A DNA stretch of 64,000 nucleotides, from NCBI GenBank assembly GCA_944327135.1, contig CALVGQ010000084.1, forward strand, positions 2,502 through 66,501, in the 5' to 3' direction. The DNA is from an uncultured Erysipelotrichaceae bacterium. GTDB taxonomy: Bacteria > Bacillota_I > Bacilli_A > Erysipelotrichales > Erysipelotrichaceae. A program made the position numbers and the translations under genes. Below, in pieces: positions 55,765 to 64,000 of the stretch (position 1 is its first letter; each line of letters begins with the position of its first letter). The notes under the pieces are model-generated. The model was given only the letters and a program-made list of their open reading frames with translations, did no database searches and was not told where the DNA came from.

Positions 55765-57208
55765 CATTCGATGGAAGATCCTGTTTTATATCCTGGCTTT
55801 TTCAGTGGTGCTGTTTGGGCTTCTTTGGCTTTTTCAAACTGTTTTTCTGGATCGATTTTATGAAAATATCCGGCAGAATCAAATTATTCGAGTTGCTTCT
55901 GTCATCAGTGCCAACATTGATGATGAAGAGAATTTGGAAACGATCATGCAGAAGCAAGCACAGGACAATGAGGCATGCATTCGGGTCATCTATAATTACA
56001 ATCAGAATATCAGTGCGGGAAATCAGCTGGGCTGTAAGGTAGATCGACTGACTCAGCAGGAAATCAATGACTATATTCAGCTGGCGCTGAACAACAACGG
56101 GACCTACCTGGAAAAAACCTATGACAAGACAACGTATCAGACGATTTTTGGACCGATTACCCGTCAAAGTTCAGATACGTTTGATTTGATTCATACCACC
56201 GTGACCTGGACTGTCGATCCATTGACCCAGGATCGAAATCCGGCTCTGATTCTGGTTAGTGCTCGTCTGACCCCGGTTAATGCGACGATTTCTACCTTGA
56301 AGGTGCAGTTAGGATACATTGCGGGAATTTTAATGGTGATGGCGCTGATCCTAACTTGGATCATGACTTATCGAATTGTTAAACCGCTTGAAAAAATCAC
56401 GGATGGAGCCAAGGTTCTGGCTACCGGGAATGTGGATGTGCAGTTTTCCGCCAGTGGCTACAAGGAAGTACAGGAATTGAGTGATACGCTGAATTACGCT
56501 TCTTCTAAATTAAAAGAAGTGGATCAAATGCGGCGGGATCTGATTGCCAACGTTTCTCATGATTTGCGTACGCCATTGACGATGATTAGCGGATATGGGG
56601 AAATGATGCGCGATCTTCCTGAAGAAAACCATGCTGAAAATGCGCAGGTGATTATTGATGAGGGCCGAAGACTGACTGCGTTGGTCAACGATTTGCTGGA
56701 TTTTAGCAAACTGCAGGCCCATCAGATCGTTTTAAAAAAAGATTCATTCAATATTACAGAAATGATGCAAAATACCTGTCAGCGATATGAGCCAACCTTA
56801 TCTAAAGCTCAGATCCAGATGATTTTTGAGCCGACAGAGAGCTTGGAGGTTTATGCTGATCCTTCGCGGATCCAGCAAGTGTTGGATAATTTTATCAACA
56901 ATGCGATCCACTATGGGGGATCGGGAAAAAAGATTGTTCTTCGACAAATCGATTTTTCTGAGACGGTTCGGATCGAAGTCCAGGATTTTGGCGAAGGAAT
57001 TCCGGAGGATAAGCTGGATTCAATTTGGGATCGGTATTATAAAATTGATAAACAGCATGTGCGCAGTGAAACCGGCTCAGGTATCGGCTTGTCCATTGTC
57101 AAGGAAATTCTTATGCTCCATGGAGTAAATTTTGGAGTTTGCTCAAAACTTCAGGAGGGATCCACTTTTTACTTTGAGTTGCCACATGGAAAACAAAAGA
57201 AAAAATAA
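55748..57208 (+). CDS. sensor histidine kinase (HisKA + HATPase_c)
   Basis: Two TM segments, H-box VSHDLRTPLT, and N/G boxes (NNAIHYG, GSGIGLSIV). It has a TTG start and overlaps the response regulator gene. Confidence 0.9.
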   Translation: MKKPISIRWKILFYILAFSVVLFGLLWLFQTVFLDRFYENIRQNQIIRVASVISANIDDEENLETIMQKQAQDNEACIRVIYNYNQNISAGNQLGCKVDRLTQQEINDYIQLALNNNGTYLEKTYDKTTYQTIFGPITRQSSDTFDLIHTTVTWTVDPLTQDRNPALILVSARLTPVNATISTLKVQLGYIAGILMVMALILTWIMTYRIVKPLEKITDGAKVLATGNVDVQFSASGYKEVQELSDTLNYASSKLKEVDQMRRDLIANVSHDLRTPLTMISGYGEMMRDLPEENHAENAQVIIDEGRRLTALVNDLLDFSKLQAHQIVLKKDSFNITEMMQNTCQRYEPTLSKAQIQMIFEPTESLEVYADPSRIQQVLDNFINNAIHYGGSGKKIVLRQIDFSETVRIEVQDFGEGIPEDKLDSIWDRYYKIDKQHVRSETGSGIGLSIVKEILMLHGVNFGVCSKLQEGSTFYFELPHGKQKKK

Positions 57209-57334
57209 AGAAAAATGGAGCAGAAAGCGTCCCATTCAGAAATAAGGAATGCTATAATGAAAAGGGAACTGGAGGCGTCTGCCGCGCAATTTTGATGATT
57301 CTGTGATACAATGCTTGTGAAAAGGAGAAGCGGA

Positions 57335-58150
57335 ATGAATCTGGAAAATATGGCGCAGGTTTCAGGCGTGCTGCTGGCGTTGGCAGCCACGCTGTTTACC
57401 TGGGGAATGACGGCGGCGGGAGCGTCGATGGTTTTCTTATTTAAAGAAATTCAAGCGAAAATCCTGAATATGATGCTGGGTTTTGCCGCAGGAGTGATGA
57501 TTGCTGCAAGCTTTTTCTCTTTGCTTCTTCCGGCTGAAAGCATGGCGGAACAACAGGGAATGGCTGCTTGGTTTGTTTTGGTGACTGGGTTTCTTCTAGG
57601 TGCTGGATTTTTGTGGATTTCAGACCAGACGATTCCACATCTTCATCTGGGCGCTGATCATCCCGAAGGAGTTCCTTCTGGACTAAAGCGGAGTGTTTTG
57701 CTGGTTTTCTCAATCACGCTGCATAACATCCCAGAGGGATTGGCCGTGGGGGTGGCTTTTGGGGCTTTGGCACAGCATGCGAGTGCGACGGAGCTATTGT
57801 CCGCTTTGGCGGTGGCTGTTGGGATAGGGATTCAGAATTTTCCAGAAGGAGCGGCGGTTTCGATACCACTTAGAAAAGAAGGCTTAAGCCGCTGGAAATG
57901 TTTTTTGTATGGACAGGCATCCGGTATCGTGGAACCAATTGCCGGAGTGCTTGGAGCATGGCTGGTTACGCGGATTCGGCTGATTCTTCCTTATGCCTTG
58001 GCTTTTGCGGCGGGGGCTATGATTTACGTGGTTGTGGAAGAATTGATCCCCGAGAGCCAGAATAAAGATCATGAAGCAACTCATCTGTCAACGATCGGCT
58101 GTATTCTTGGATTTGCCGTCATGATGCTGCTTGATGTTGCTTTAGGATAA
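57335..58150 (+). CDS. ZIP family metal (zinc) transporter
   Basis: Polytopic membrane protein with HNIPEGLAVG and QNFPEGAAV motifs. Start ATG 57335 follows an AAGGAG RBS. Confidence 0.85.
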   Translation: MNLENMAQVSGVLLALAATLFTWGMTAAGASMVFLFKEIQAKILNMMLGFAAGVMIAASFFSLLLPAESMAEQQGMAAWFVLVTGFLLGAGFLWISDQTIPHLHLGADHPEGVPSGLKRSVLLVFSITLHNIPEGLAVGVAFGALAQHASATELLSALAVAVGIGIQNFPEGAAVSIPLRKEGLSRWKCFLYGQASGIVEPIAGVLGAWLVTRIRLILPYALAFAAGAMIYVVVEELIPESQNKDHEATHLSTIGCILGFAVMMLLDVALG

Positions 58151-58172
58151 ATAAAGAAAAGGAGAAAAAAAA

Positions 58173-58712
58173 ATGAAAGAGTTAAAAGGAACAAAGACTG
58201 AAAAAAATCTGATGGAGGCTTTTGCTGGAGAAAGTCAGGCCCGCAACAAGTACACGTTCTATGCTTCTAAAGCCAAAAAAGAAGGCTACGAACAAATATC
58301 CGCTTTGTTTTTAGAAACCGCGGCGAATGAAAAAGAACATGCTGAATTGTGGTTCAAATATCTTCATGATGGAGTTCCAACCACTATGGAAAATTTGAAA
58401 GATGCTGCGAACGGCGAAAACTACGAATGGACAGACATGTATGATCGGATGGCGAAAGAAGCTCGTGAAGAAGGATTTATCGAGATTGCGGCCACCATGG
58501 AGGGCGTTGCCAAGATTGAGAAACGGCATGAAGAACGTTATTTGGCTCTTTTAAAGAATATTGAAGAAAACAAGGTCTTTGCCAAAGAAGAAGTCGTTGT
58601 TTGGGAATGCCGGAACTGCGGTCATTTGCATGTTGGCAAAGAAGCACCACAGATCTGTCCGGTTTGTAAGCATGCTCAGGCATATTTCCAGGTTGAACCA
58701 AAAAATTATTAA
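58173..58712 (+). CDS. rbr: rubrerythrin
   Basis: Ferritin-like diiron domain ([16 protein letters not shown]) followed by the C-terminal rubredoxin motif CRNCG ... CPVC. Confidence 0.92.
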   Translation: MKELKGTKTEKNLMEAFAGESQARNKYTFYASKAKKEGYEQISALFLETAANEKEHAELWFKYLHDGVPTTMENLKDAANGENYEWTDMYDRMAKEAREEGFIEIAATMEGVAKIEKRHEERYLALLKNIEENKVFAKEEVVVWECRNCGHLHVGKEAPQICPVCKHAQAYFQVEPKNY

Positions 58713-58716
58713 GATG

Positions 58717-58742
58717 AAAAGGACGGATCCCGTCCTTTTTTT
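58717..58742 (+). terminator. intrinsic terminator after rbr
   Basis: GGACGG-ATC-CCGTCC followed by TTTTTTT. Confidence 0.8.
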
Positions 58743-58779
58743 GTGGTAAAATGAAACCGCAATGTTGAGGGTGTGAGAA

Positions 58780-59499
58780 ATGAAGATTACTTTTTTAGGC
58801 CATAGTGGTTTTGAGGTAGTTACGGAGCATTATCAACTCATTTTTGATTATGCAGAGGGACCTTTTCCGAAAAAAAAGAGCGATAAAAAAACTATTTTTT
58901 TTGTATCCCATCGACATCCTGACCATTTTTCTTCAGCGATTATGCACGATGTTCAAAGTGTTTCTTATGTTTTTTCTAATGATATCGTTGGGTTTCATGC
59001 AGATTCTTTGCTGCAGGTTTGTCCTTATCAGCAGTATGACTGGCAAGGAGTACAGATCCGGACCTTGAAGTCAACGGATGAAGGAGTGGCTTTTTGCGTG
59101 GAGGCAGACCAATGGCGAATCTATCATGCAGGTGATTTGAATTGGTGGCACTGGAAGGCTGATACTCTACAGGATGAAGTGGCAAACCAAGTCATGGAAC
59201 AGCGCTATCGAAAAGAAATGAATTCATTAAGATCGATCCATTTTGATGCCGCTTTTCTTCCACTGGATCCGCGGCTAGAAGAAGCCAGCAGCTGGGGGAT
59301 TCAGCTTTTTCTGAAGCATGCGGAAGCGGATTGGATTTTTCCGATGCATCTTTGGAAATGTTATGATTGGATCCGAGTGATGAAAGAAAAGGATTTGGCT
59401 TCTTGGAAAAAGAAGATCCAGTCGATTCAGTGTGAAGGACAGGAATTTGAGGTGCTTAAAGATGAAAAAAATGAAAACCAATGCCATGAGAATCCTTGA
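58780..59499 (+). CDS. MBL-fold metallo-hydrolase
   Basis: ITFLGHSGF and the HxHxDH-type motif SHRHPDH. Confidence 0.75.
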   Translation: MKITFLGHSGFEVVTEHYQLIFDYAEGPFPKKKSDKKTIFFVSHRHPDHFSSAIMHDVQSVSYVFSNDIVGFHADSLLQVCPYQQYDWQGVQIRTLKSTDEGVAFCVEADQWRIYHAGDLNWWHWKADTLQDEVANQVMEQRYRKEMNSLRSIHFDAAFLPLDPRLEEASSWGIQLFLKHAEADWIFPMHLWKCYDWIRVMKEKDLASWKKKIQSIQCEGQEFEVLKDEKNENQCHENP

Positions 59500-59971
59500 T
59501 CGGCAGAAAATTTCGTATCAGGTCCATGAATATGCTCATCACGAGCAAGAAGCGGTGGATGGAATGCACGTTGCCAGACTGCTTCAGGAAGATCCGGCAC
59601 GGGTGTTTAAAACCCTGATTACGCAGGGCCGATCCCATCAAATCTATGTTTTTGTGATTCCGGTCAATCAGGAACTGGATTTGAAACAGGCCGCACTTTG
59701 TGTCAAAGAAAAAGCGGTTGAAATGATTCCTGTAAAGCAGATTTTTCCATTGACCGGATATATTCGCGGTGGCTGCAGCCCGATTGGGATGAAAAAAAAT
59801 TATTCTACACATTTTCATGCTTCAGCACTGAATTATGATTCTATTTTTTTTAGCGGAGGGCAGATCGGCTTGCAGATTGAAATGGATCCGCGGGATCTGA
59901 TGAAAGTAATCCCGGTCCAGTTTGATCTGATAGAGGGAGCGGTGATTGAAAAAAAACAAGAACAGGACTAA
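59462..59971 (+). CDS. ybaK: Cys-tRNA(Pro)/Cys-tRNA(Cys) deacylase YbaK
   Basis: KTNAMRILD at the N-terminus and the GGCSPIG motif. It overlaps the preceding gene. Start ATG 59462 follows a GAGGTG RBS. Confidence 0.85.
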   Translation: MKKMKTNAMRILDRQKISYQVHEYAHHEQEAVDGMHVARLLQEDPARVFKTLITQGRSHQIYVFVIPVNQELDLKQAALCVKEKAVEMIPVKQIFPLTGYIRGGCSPIGMKKNYSTHFHASALNYDSIFFSGGQIGLQIEMDPRDLMKVIPVQFDLIEGAVIEKKQEQD

Positions 59972-60009
59972 AATAGAAAAGCAATTAAAAAAGAGAAAGA
60001 AGGCAGATT

Positions 60010-61014
60010 ATGAGTAAAGTTGACATTGTTTCTGGTTTTTTAGGCGCTGGAAAAACTACTTTAATCAAAAAACTTTTGAAGGAATCCTGGTCAAAGGAAC
60101 AGGTTGTTTTGATTGAAAATGAGTTTGGCGAAATCGGAATTGATGGGAGTTTTCTAAAGGAAGCCGGAATTACGATCAGGGAAATGAATTCTGGCTGTAT
60201 CTGCTGCAGTTTGGTGGGAGATTTTAGTGAAGCCCTGAAAAAGGTCACAGCCGAGTTTCATCCTGATCGAATTGTGATTGAGCCATCAGGAGTGGGAAAG
60301 CTGTCCGATGTAGTAAGAGCGGTTCAGCAGGTAGATTCTGAAGAAATTGAGCTGAACAGTTTTGTCACGGTCGTCGATGCCGGAAAATGCCGGATGTACA
60401 TGAAAAACTTCGGTGAATTTTTCAACAACCAGATTGAATTTGCTGGAACGATTTTATTGAGCCGGACGGAAAGTCAAAGCGAAGAAAATTTGGAATCCAT
60501 TGTCCAATTGCTCAGAAAGCATAATGCAAATGCCCAAATCATCACGACGCCTTGGAAACAACTCAAAGGCGAGCAGATCGTACAGGTCATGGAGCAAGAT
60601 CATTCCTTAAAAGAAGAACTTTTAGAGGAAGCTGGAATTTGTCCGGTTTGCGGACATCATCATGAGCATCATCAGCATGAAGAAAATGAATGTGCTCATC
60701 ATCATGGGGAAAACGCACATCATCATGAGCATCATGCAGATGATATTTTTACTAGCTGGGGAAAAGAAACCGTTCGCCGTTTTACTCGAGAAGAGCTGGA
60801 AGCATTGTTAAGTGAGCTGGAAGATACCCAAAAATTTGGAATGGTGTTGCGAGCCAAGGGAATCTTAGAGGGAAAAGATCAGGAATGGCTTTATTTTGAT
60901 TATGTTCCAAAAGAGATTGAAATACGTTCTGGGGCTGCTTCCTACACAGGAAGGCTATGTGTCATCGGTTCAGGTTTAAATGAAAGCGCTCTGGAAGCTT
61001 GGTTTCAAAAGTAG
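60010..61014 (+). CDS. COG0523 (CobW/ZigA/YciC-type) metallochaperone GTPase with a His-rich insert
   Basis: P-loop GFLGAGKTTL, metal motif GCICCS, and a His-rich segment CPVCGHHHEHHQHEENECAHHHGENAHHHEHHADD (nt 60640-60744). Confidence 0.88.
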   Translation: MSKVDIVSGFLGAGKTTLIKKLLKESWSKEQVVLIENEFGEIGIDGSFLKEAGITIREMNSGCICCSLVGDFSEALKKVTAEFHPDRIVIEPSGVGKLSDVVRAVQQVDSEEIELNSFVTVVDAGKCRMYMKNFGEFFNNQIEFAGTILLSRTESQSEENLESIVQLLRKHNANAQIITTPWKQLKGEQIVQVMEQDHSLKEELLEEAGICPVCGHHHEHHQHEENECAHHHGENAHHHEHHADDIFTSWGKETVRRFTREELEALLSELEDTQKFGMVLRAKGILEGKDQEWLYFDYVPKEIEIRSGAASYTGRLCVIGSGLNESALEAWFQK

Positions 61015-61022
61015 GTGGTGAA

Positions 61023-61958
61023 ATGGAAAAGCCTGTTTATTTGATTACGGGATTTTTGGAGAGCGGAAAAACAAGCATGATCAAGGAAACCTTGCTGGAT
61101 CCTGATTTTACAGAGAATGAAAGAACTCTGATTTTAAGTTTTGAAGAGGGAATAGAAGACTATGATCCAGTCTTTTTGAAAAAGGCGCATGCTTTTGTGA
61201 TTCATCTGGAAAAAGAGGAAATTACTCCAGAAAGGCTCGAAAAGCTAGATCAGGAATCTTCTTTCGAACGGGTCATGATTGAATTCAATGGGATGTGGAG
61301 CGTCGATGAATTTCTGGATTTGAGTTTGCCAGAAGATTGGATCCTGGTTCAGATTCTTTCTTTGGTAGATGCCTCTACCTTTGGTTTGTTTATGAATAAC
61401 ATGCGTTCCTTGATTTATCAGCAGATTCAGCACAGCGAAGTGGTGATTTTTAATCGATGTGATGAAACGACCCGTTTATCTTTTTTACGAAGCAATATCA
61501 AGGCAGTGAATCCGCGCTGTCAGCTAGTTTATGAGAATCGGGATGGTTCAACCAGCGAACTGAAGGAAGAAGATCTCCCCTTTGATTTCAGTCAGGATAT
61601 CATGACCATCGAGGATGGGGATTATGGCCTTTGGTACATGGATGCCTTGGAACATCCGCGAAAGTATGCCGGGCGAAAGCTGCGTTTAAAAGGGATGGTC
61701 ATCGAAAAGGTCCAGGGAGCCAAACACAGCATTTTATTTGGTCGATATGCGATGGTCTGCTGCGCAGAGGATACCTCATTGCTGGGAGTAATCATCAGCG
61801 GAGTCAAGACAGAACAAATGAGCCCTCATCAGTGGATACAGGTTGTTGGGGAAGCGGTGCTGCAGCGCGATGATCAAAATCAGGAAATTCTTGTTATAAA
61901 AGCAGTATCACTGGCCCATGCGGTCCCGCTTCAGGATGAGCTTGTTTATTTCAGCTGA
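61023..61958 (+). CDS. CobW-like P-loop domain (no CxCC motif) fused to a DUF1980/YcgQ-like C-terminal domain
   Basis: N-terminal GFLESGKTS with CobW-like strand order but no CxCC motif. The C-terminal LRLKGMV ... FGRYAMVCCAEDTSLLGV resembles the TIGR03943 C-domain. Confidence 0.6.
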   Translation: MEKPVYLITGFLESGKTSMIKETLLDPDFTENERTLILSFEEGIEDYDPVFLKKAHAFVIHLEKEEITPERLEKLDQESSFERVMIEFNGMWSVDEFLDLSLPEDWILVQILSLVDASTFGLFMNNMRSLIYQQIQHSEVVIFNRCDETTRLSFLRSNIKAVNPRCQLVYENRDGSTSELKEEDLPFDFSQDIMTIEDGDYGLWYMDALEHPRKYAGRKLRLKGMVIEKVQGAKHSILFGRYAMVCCAEDTSLLGVIISGVKTEQMSPHQWIQVVGEAVLQRDDQNQEILVIKAVSLAHAVPLQDELVYFS

Positions 61959-61975
61959 CAATGTTTGCAGAATAG

Positions 61976-62036
61976 AAAAGGTCCTTGATCTGTAATAATC
62001 ACATGAACGTGACTCATTTCAGATTAGGACCTTTTT
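61976..62036. terminator. long bidirectional terminator hairpin between convergent genes
   Basis: AAAAGGTCCT(T)GATCTG / CAGATTAGGACCTTTT gives 10+6 bp with one bulge, flanked by A- and T-runs. Confidence 0.65.
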
Positions 62037-62062
62037 GCTGAAGGGAACTGAAAAATACGGCG

Positions 62063-62962
62063 TTATTTTAATAAAGAACGTTGAGGGACTTTCAAGCGAA
62101 GCGCAGATCGCATCAGATCCAGTGTAATATGCAGATCCCGAAAATCTTCTCCATCGGACTGCATGACGATGGGCTGATCAGAATCAATAATGATGTGTCT
62201 TCCTCGCAGTATTTTGCATTCTTTGAAATGCGTATGCTGACCTTTCATGTATTTGCCAATCAGCTGAAGAATCCTTCTGCGCGGCATCGGCTCGACCAGA
62301 CAAAGATCAAAAAATCCGTCTTGAATATCTGCTTGTGGAGTCGGATTGAATCCACCCCCATAAAAACGACCGTTCATCATGGCAGCCAGAAGAACCTTTT
62401 GTTCCAGCAGCTGTCCATCGATTACCAGCCGGATAGAGTGACAGGGCGGATTAACCAGCTTTGAAAGGGCTGCGGTCAGATACATCAGATTTGCGGGAAG
62501 ATGCGTTTTTTTCATTGTCGTGTTTACCAGATGATTGATTTCGGCATCAAATCCTAAGGTCGTGCAATTTAAAAAACGTGTATGATTGCTAAGACCGTAG
62601 TCGACTTCGACAATGCGGCCCTCAATGGTTTCCAGGATGCGTTCTTCTAAAGAAGAAGGGATGGTTTCGACGATGATCCGATAGAAATCGTTGCCGGTCC
62701 CGCAAGGAATGATAGCCATAGGAACTCGGTCAGAAAGGCCATTTAAAATTTCATAAGCGGTACCATCACCACCTACGGAATAAAGGCAGGCATTTTCGCG
62801 AATGCTGTATAAGGCGGCTAATTCGCGGGCATGTCCGGGATATTCGGTAAGGAGAATCGTGTAATCTAATGATTTTGTATCCCCAATTTTTTTGATGAGC
62901 GGAATGGCATTTTTGGCAAAACCGTTTCCTGAGGTCGGATTAACAATAAAAATATGTTTCAT
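62063..62962 (-). CDS. diacylglycerol kinase-family lipid kinase (DagK/YegS type)
   Basis: IVNPTSGNG, VGGDGT and IIPCGTGNDF motifs. Confidence 0.88.
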   Translation of the reverse strand: MKHIFIVNPTSGNGFAKNAIPLIKKIGDTKSLDYTILLTEYPGHARELAALYSIRENACLYSVGGDGTAYEILNGLSDRVPMAIIPCGTGNDFYRIIVETIPSSLEERILETIEGRIVEVDYGLSNHTRFLNCTTLGFDAEINHLVNTTMKKTHLPANLMYLTAALSKLVNPPCHSIRLVIDGQLLEQKVLLAAMMNGRFYGGGFNPTPQADIQDGFFDLCLVEPMPRRRILQLIGKYMKGQHTHFKECKILRGRHIIIDSDQPIVMQSDGEDFRDLHITLDLMRSALRLKVPQRSLLK

Positions 62963-63016
62963 GATGGCTTCCCCTTTGTTACCAGTGTATCAGAAAGCCT
63001 TGCAGTTGAGAATACT

Positions 63017-63050
63017 AGAAAGAAAAAAGAAGAAAGTAGATTTCTTCTTT
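63017..63050 (-). terminator. intrinsic terminator of the helicase gene
   Basis: 9-bp stem AAGAAGAAA / TTTCTTCTT. A T-run follows on the minus strand. Confidence 0.6.
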
Positions 63051-63054
63051 TTGG

Positions 63055-64000
63055 TTATCTTCTTTTATGTTTAGAGGAAATGGAACGTTTCTTTCTTTCT
63101 TTTAAATCGGAAGCAACTTGGCTGCGCTTGTTTCGAGGACTCTTTTCTGATCGTTTTCGTGTTTTATTTTTATGGGTTTCTAAAATAAGTCCATGAACGG
63201 GAATTCCATGAATGGTCGTCGTTTTAAGACATTCCAAAATATCTGCTGCGTATTCCTGAGGAACTTCGACAGTGGTTTCTTTTTGGCTGATTTCGATCTT
63301 TCCAAAATCTTTTCCCCGGATTCCGCTGCTTTCAGCCAAAGCAGAGATGATATGAGCAGGGGCAATATCCTGTTTTTTTCCGATATCCAGCAGCAAAACG
63401 CTGATTGCTCGACTGCGCGCTTTTTTGCTGTCGGGATCTTTGGGACGTTGGATTTCATTAAACAGTTCTTTTCCGATTTCACGATAAAGCAAGACTCCAG
63501 CAATTTCTTCTGCACGATAGCCTTCCTGAAGCAGTTCTTCCAGAAGTTTTTGAATTTCTTTGGGAATCGAGTGGGAAAGATCATCCACCAGTTTGTTTTT
63601 GACATGCTGAAAATGAAACTGCTGCATATCACTTCGGGAAGGCAGCGCCTGTTTTGTAATCCGACTTTGAGTCAGCTGTTCAATCGCTCGCATTTTTTCC
63701 CGCTGCCGAGGTGTGATCAGAGTGATTGCCAGCCCTTGTTTTCCTGCTCTTCCGCATCTTCCGATCCGATGAACATAATATTCTTCTTGCGGGAAATCGT
63801 AATTGATCACGATGTCCATGGTCTCTACATCGATCCCGCGGGCAGCAACATCGGTGGCAACCAGCATTGTAATCCGCCGTTTTTTAAACTTTTCCATCAC
63901 CAATGTTCGCTGCTCCTGTTTCATGTCTCCGTGTAATCCAGCTGCAGGATAACCGCGGACAACCAATTCACTTACCAGTTCATCGACCATTTTCTTCGTA
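63055..64000 (-). CDS. DEAD-box ATP-dependent RNA helicase, C-terminal part (5' end beyond the window), with a DbpA/YxiN-like RNA-binding domain and a basic tail
   Basis: Helicase motifs V and VI (MLVATDVAARGIDV, HRIGRCGRAG), a DbpA-type RBD (LLLDIGKKQDIAPAHIISALAE), and a K/R/S-rich tail. The frame stays open to the window edge. Confidence 0.9.
   Translation of the reverse strand, partial: TKKMVDELVSELVVRGYPAAGLHGDMKQEQRTLVMEKFKKRRITMLVATDVAARGIDVETMDIVINYDFPQEEYYVHRIGRCGRAGKQGLAITLITPRQREKMRAIEQLTQSRITKQALPSRSDMQQFHFQHVKNKLVDDLSHSIPKEIQKLLEELLQEGYRAEEIAGVLLYREIGKELFNEIQRPKDPDSKKARSRAISVLLLDIGKKQDIAPAHIISALAESSGIRGKDFGKIEISQKETTVEVPQEYAADILECLKTTTIHGIPVHGLILETHKNKTRKRSEKSPRNKRSQVASDLKERKKRSISSKHKRR

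Overview
The window is a 64-kb chromosomal segment from a moderately AT-rich, endospore-forming Firmicute (Bacillota). The family cannot be assigned from sequence alone. About 60 protein genes are densely packed on both strands. I found no rRNA, tRNA, CRISPR array, transposase, integrase or phage genes, so this looks like core chromosome rather than a mobile island. Recognisable blocks in order: nifZ-thiI; an S9 peptidase; an MFS transporter followed by an Lsa-type ABC-F ribosome-protection gene with a leader peptide and attenuator; mnmL/mnmM (ytqA/ytqB); a T-box-controlled leuS; a Bacillus-like sporulation block (dacF, spoIIAA-spoIIAB-sigF, spoVAC-AD-Eb-AF); scpAB; a guanine-riboswitch-controlled purC-purF-purB; an amino-sugar locus (mannose-family PTS IIC/IID/IIB, three tandem UPF0309-type SIS proteins, a beta-lactamase-fold hydrolase, murQ, cutC, nagA); M14 and S9 peptidases; purA; an Mrp-like Fe-S carrier; an OmpR/HisKA two-component pair; and a zinc-related block (ZIP transporter, two COG0523-type GTPases). 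The items most worth follow-up are (1) a terminator-containing structured leader upstream of a Nudix hydrolase that I could not assign to a known riboswitch class, (2) a monocistronic small hydrophilic protein with a sigma-G-like promoter and two GPR-cleavage-like EFAxE motifs, (3) the three tandem SIS paralogs within a regulator-less, EIIA-less amino-sugar locus, and (4) a COG0523 / DUF1980-like fusion next to a His-rich COG0523 protein. I saw no canonical defence or mobile system. All functional calls rest on motif recognition in the supplied ORF translations and on hand-folded hairpins. No database search was run.
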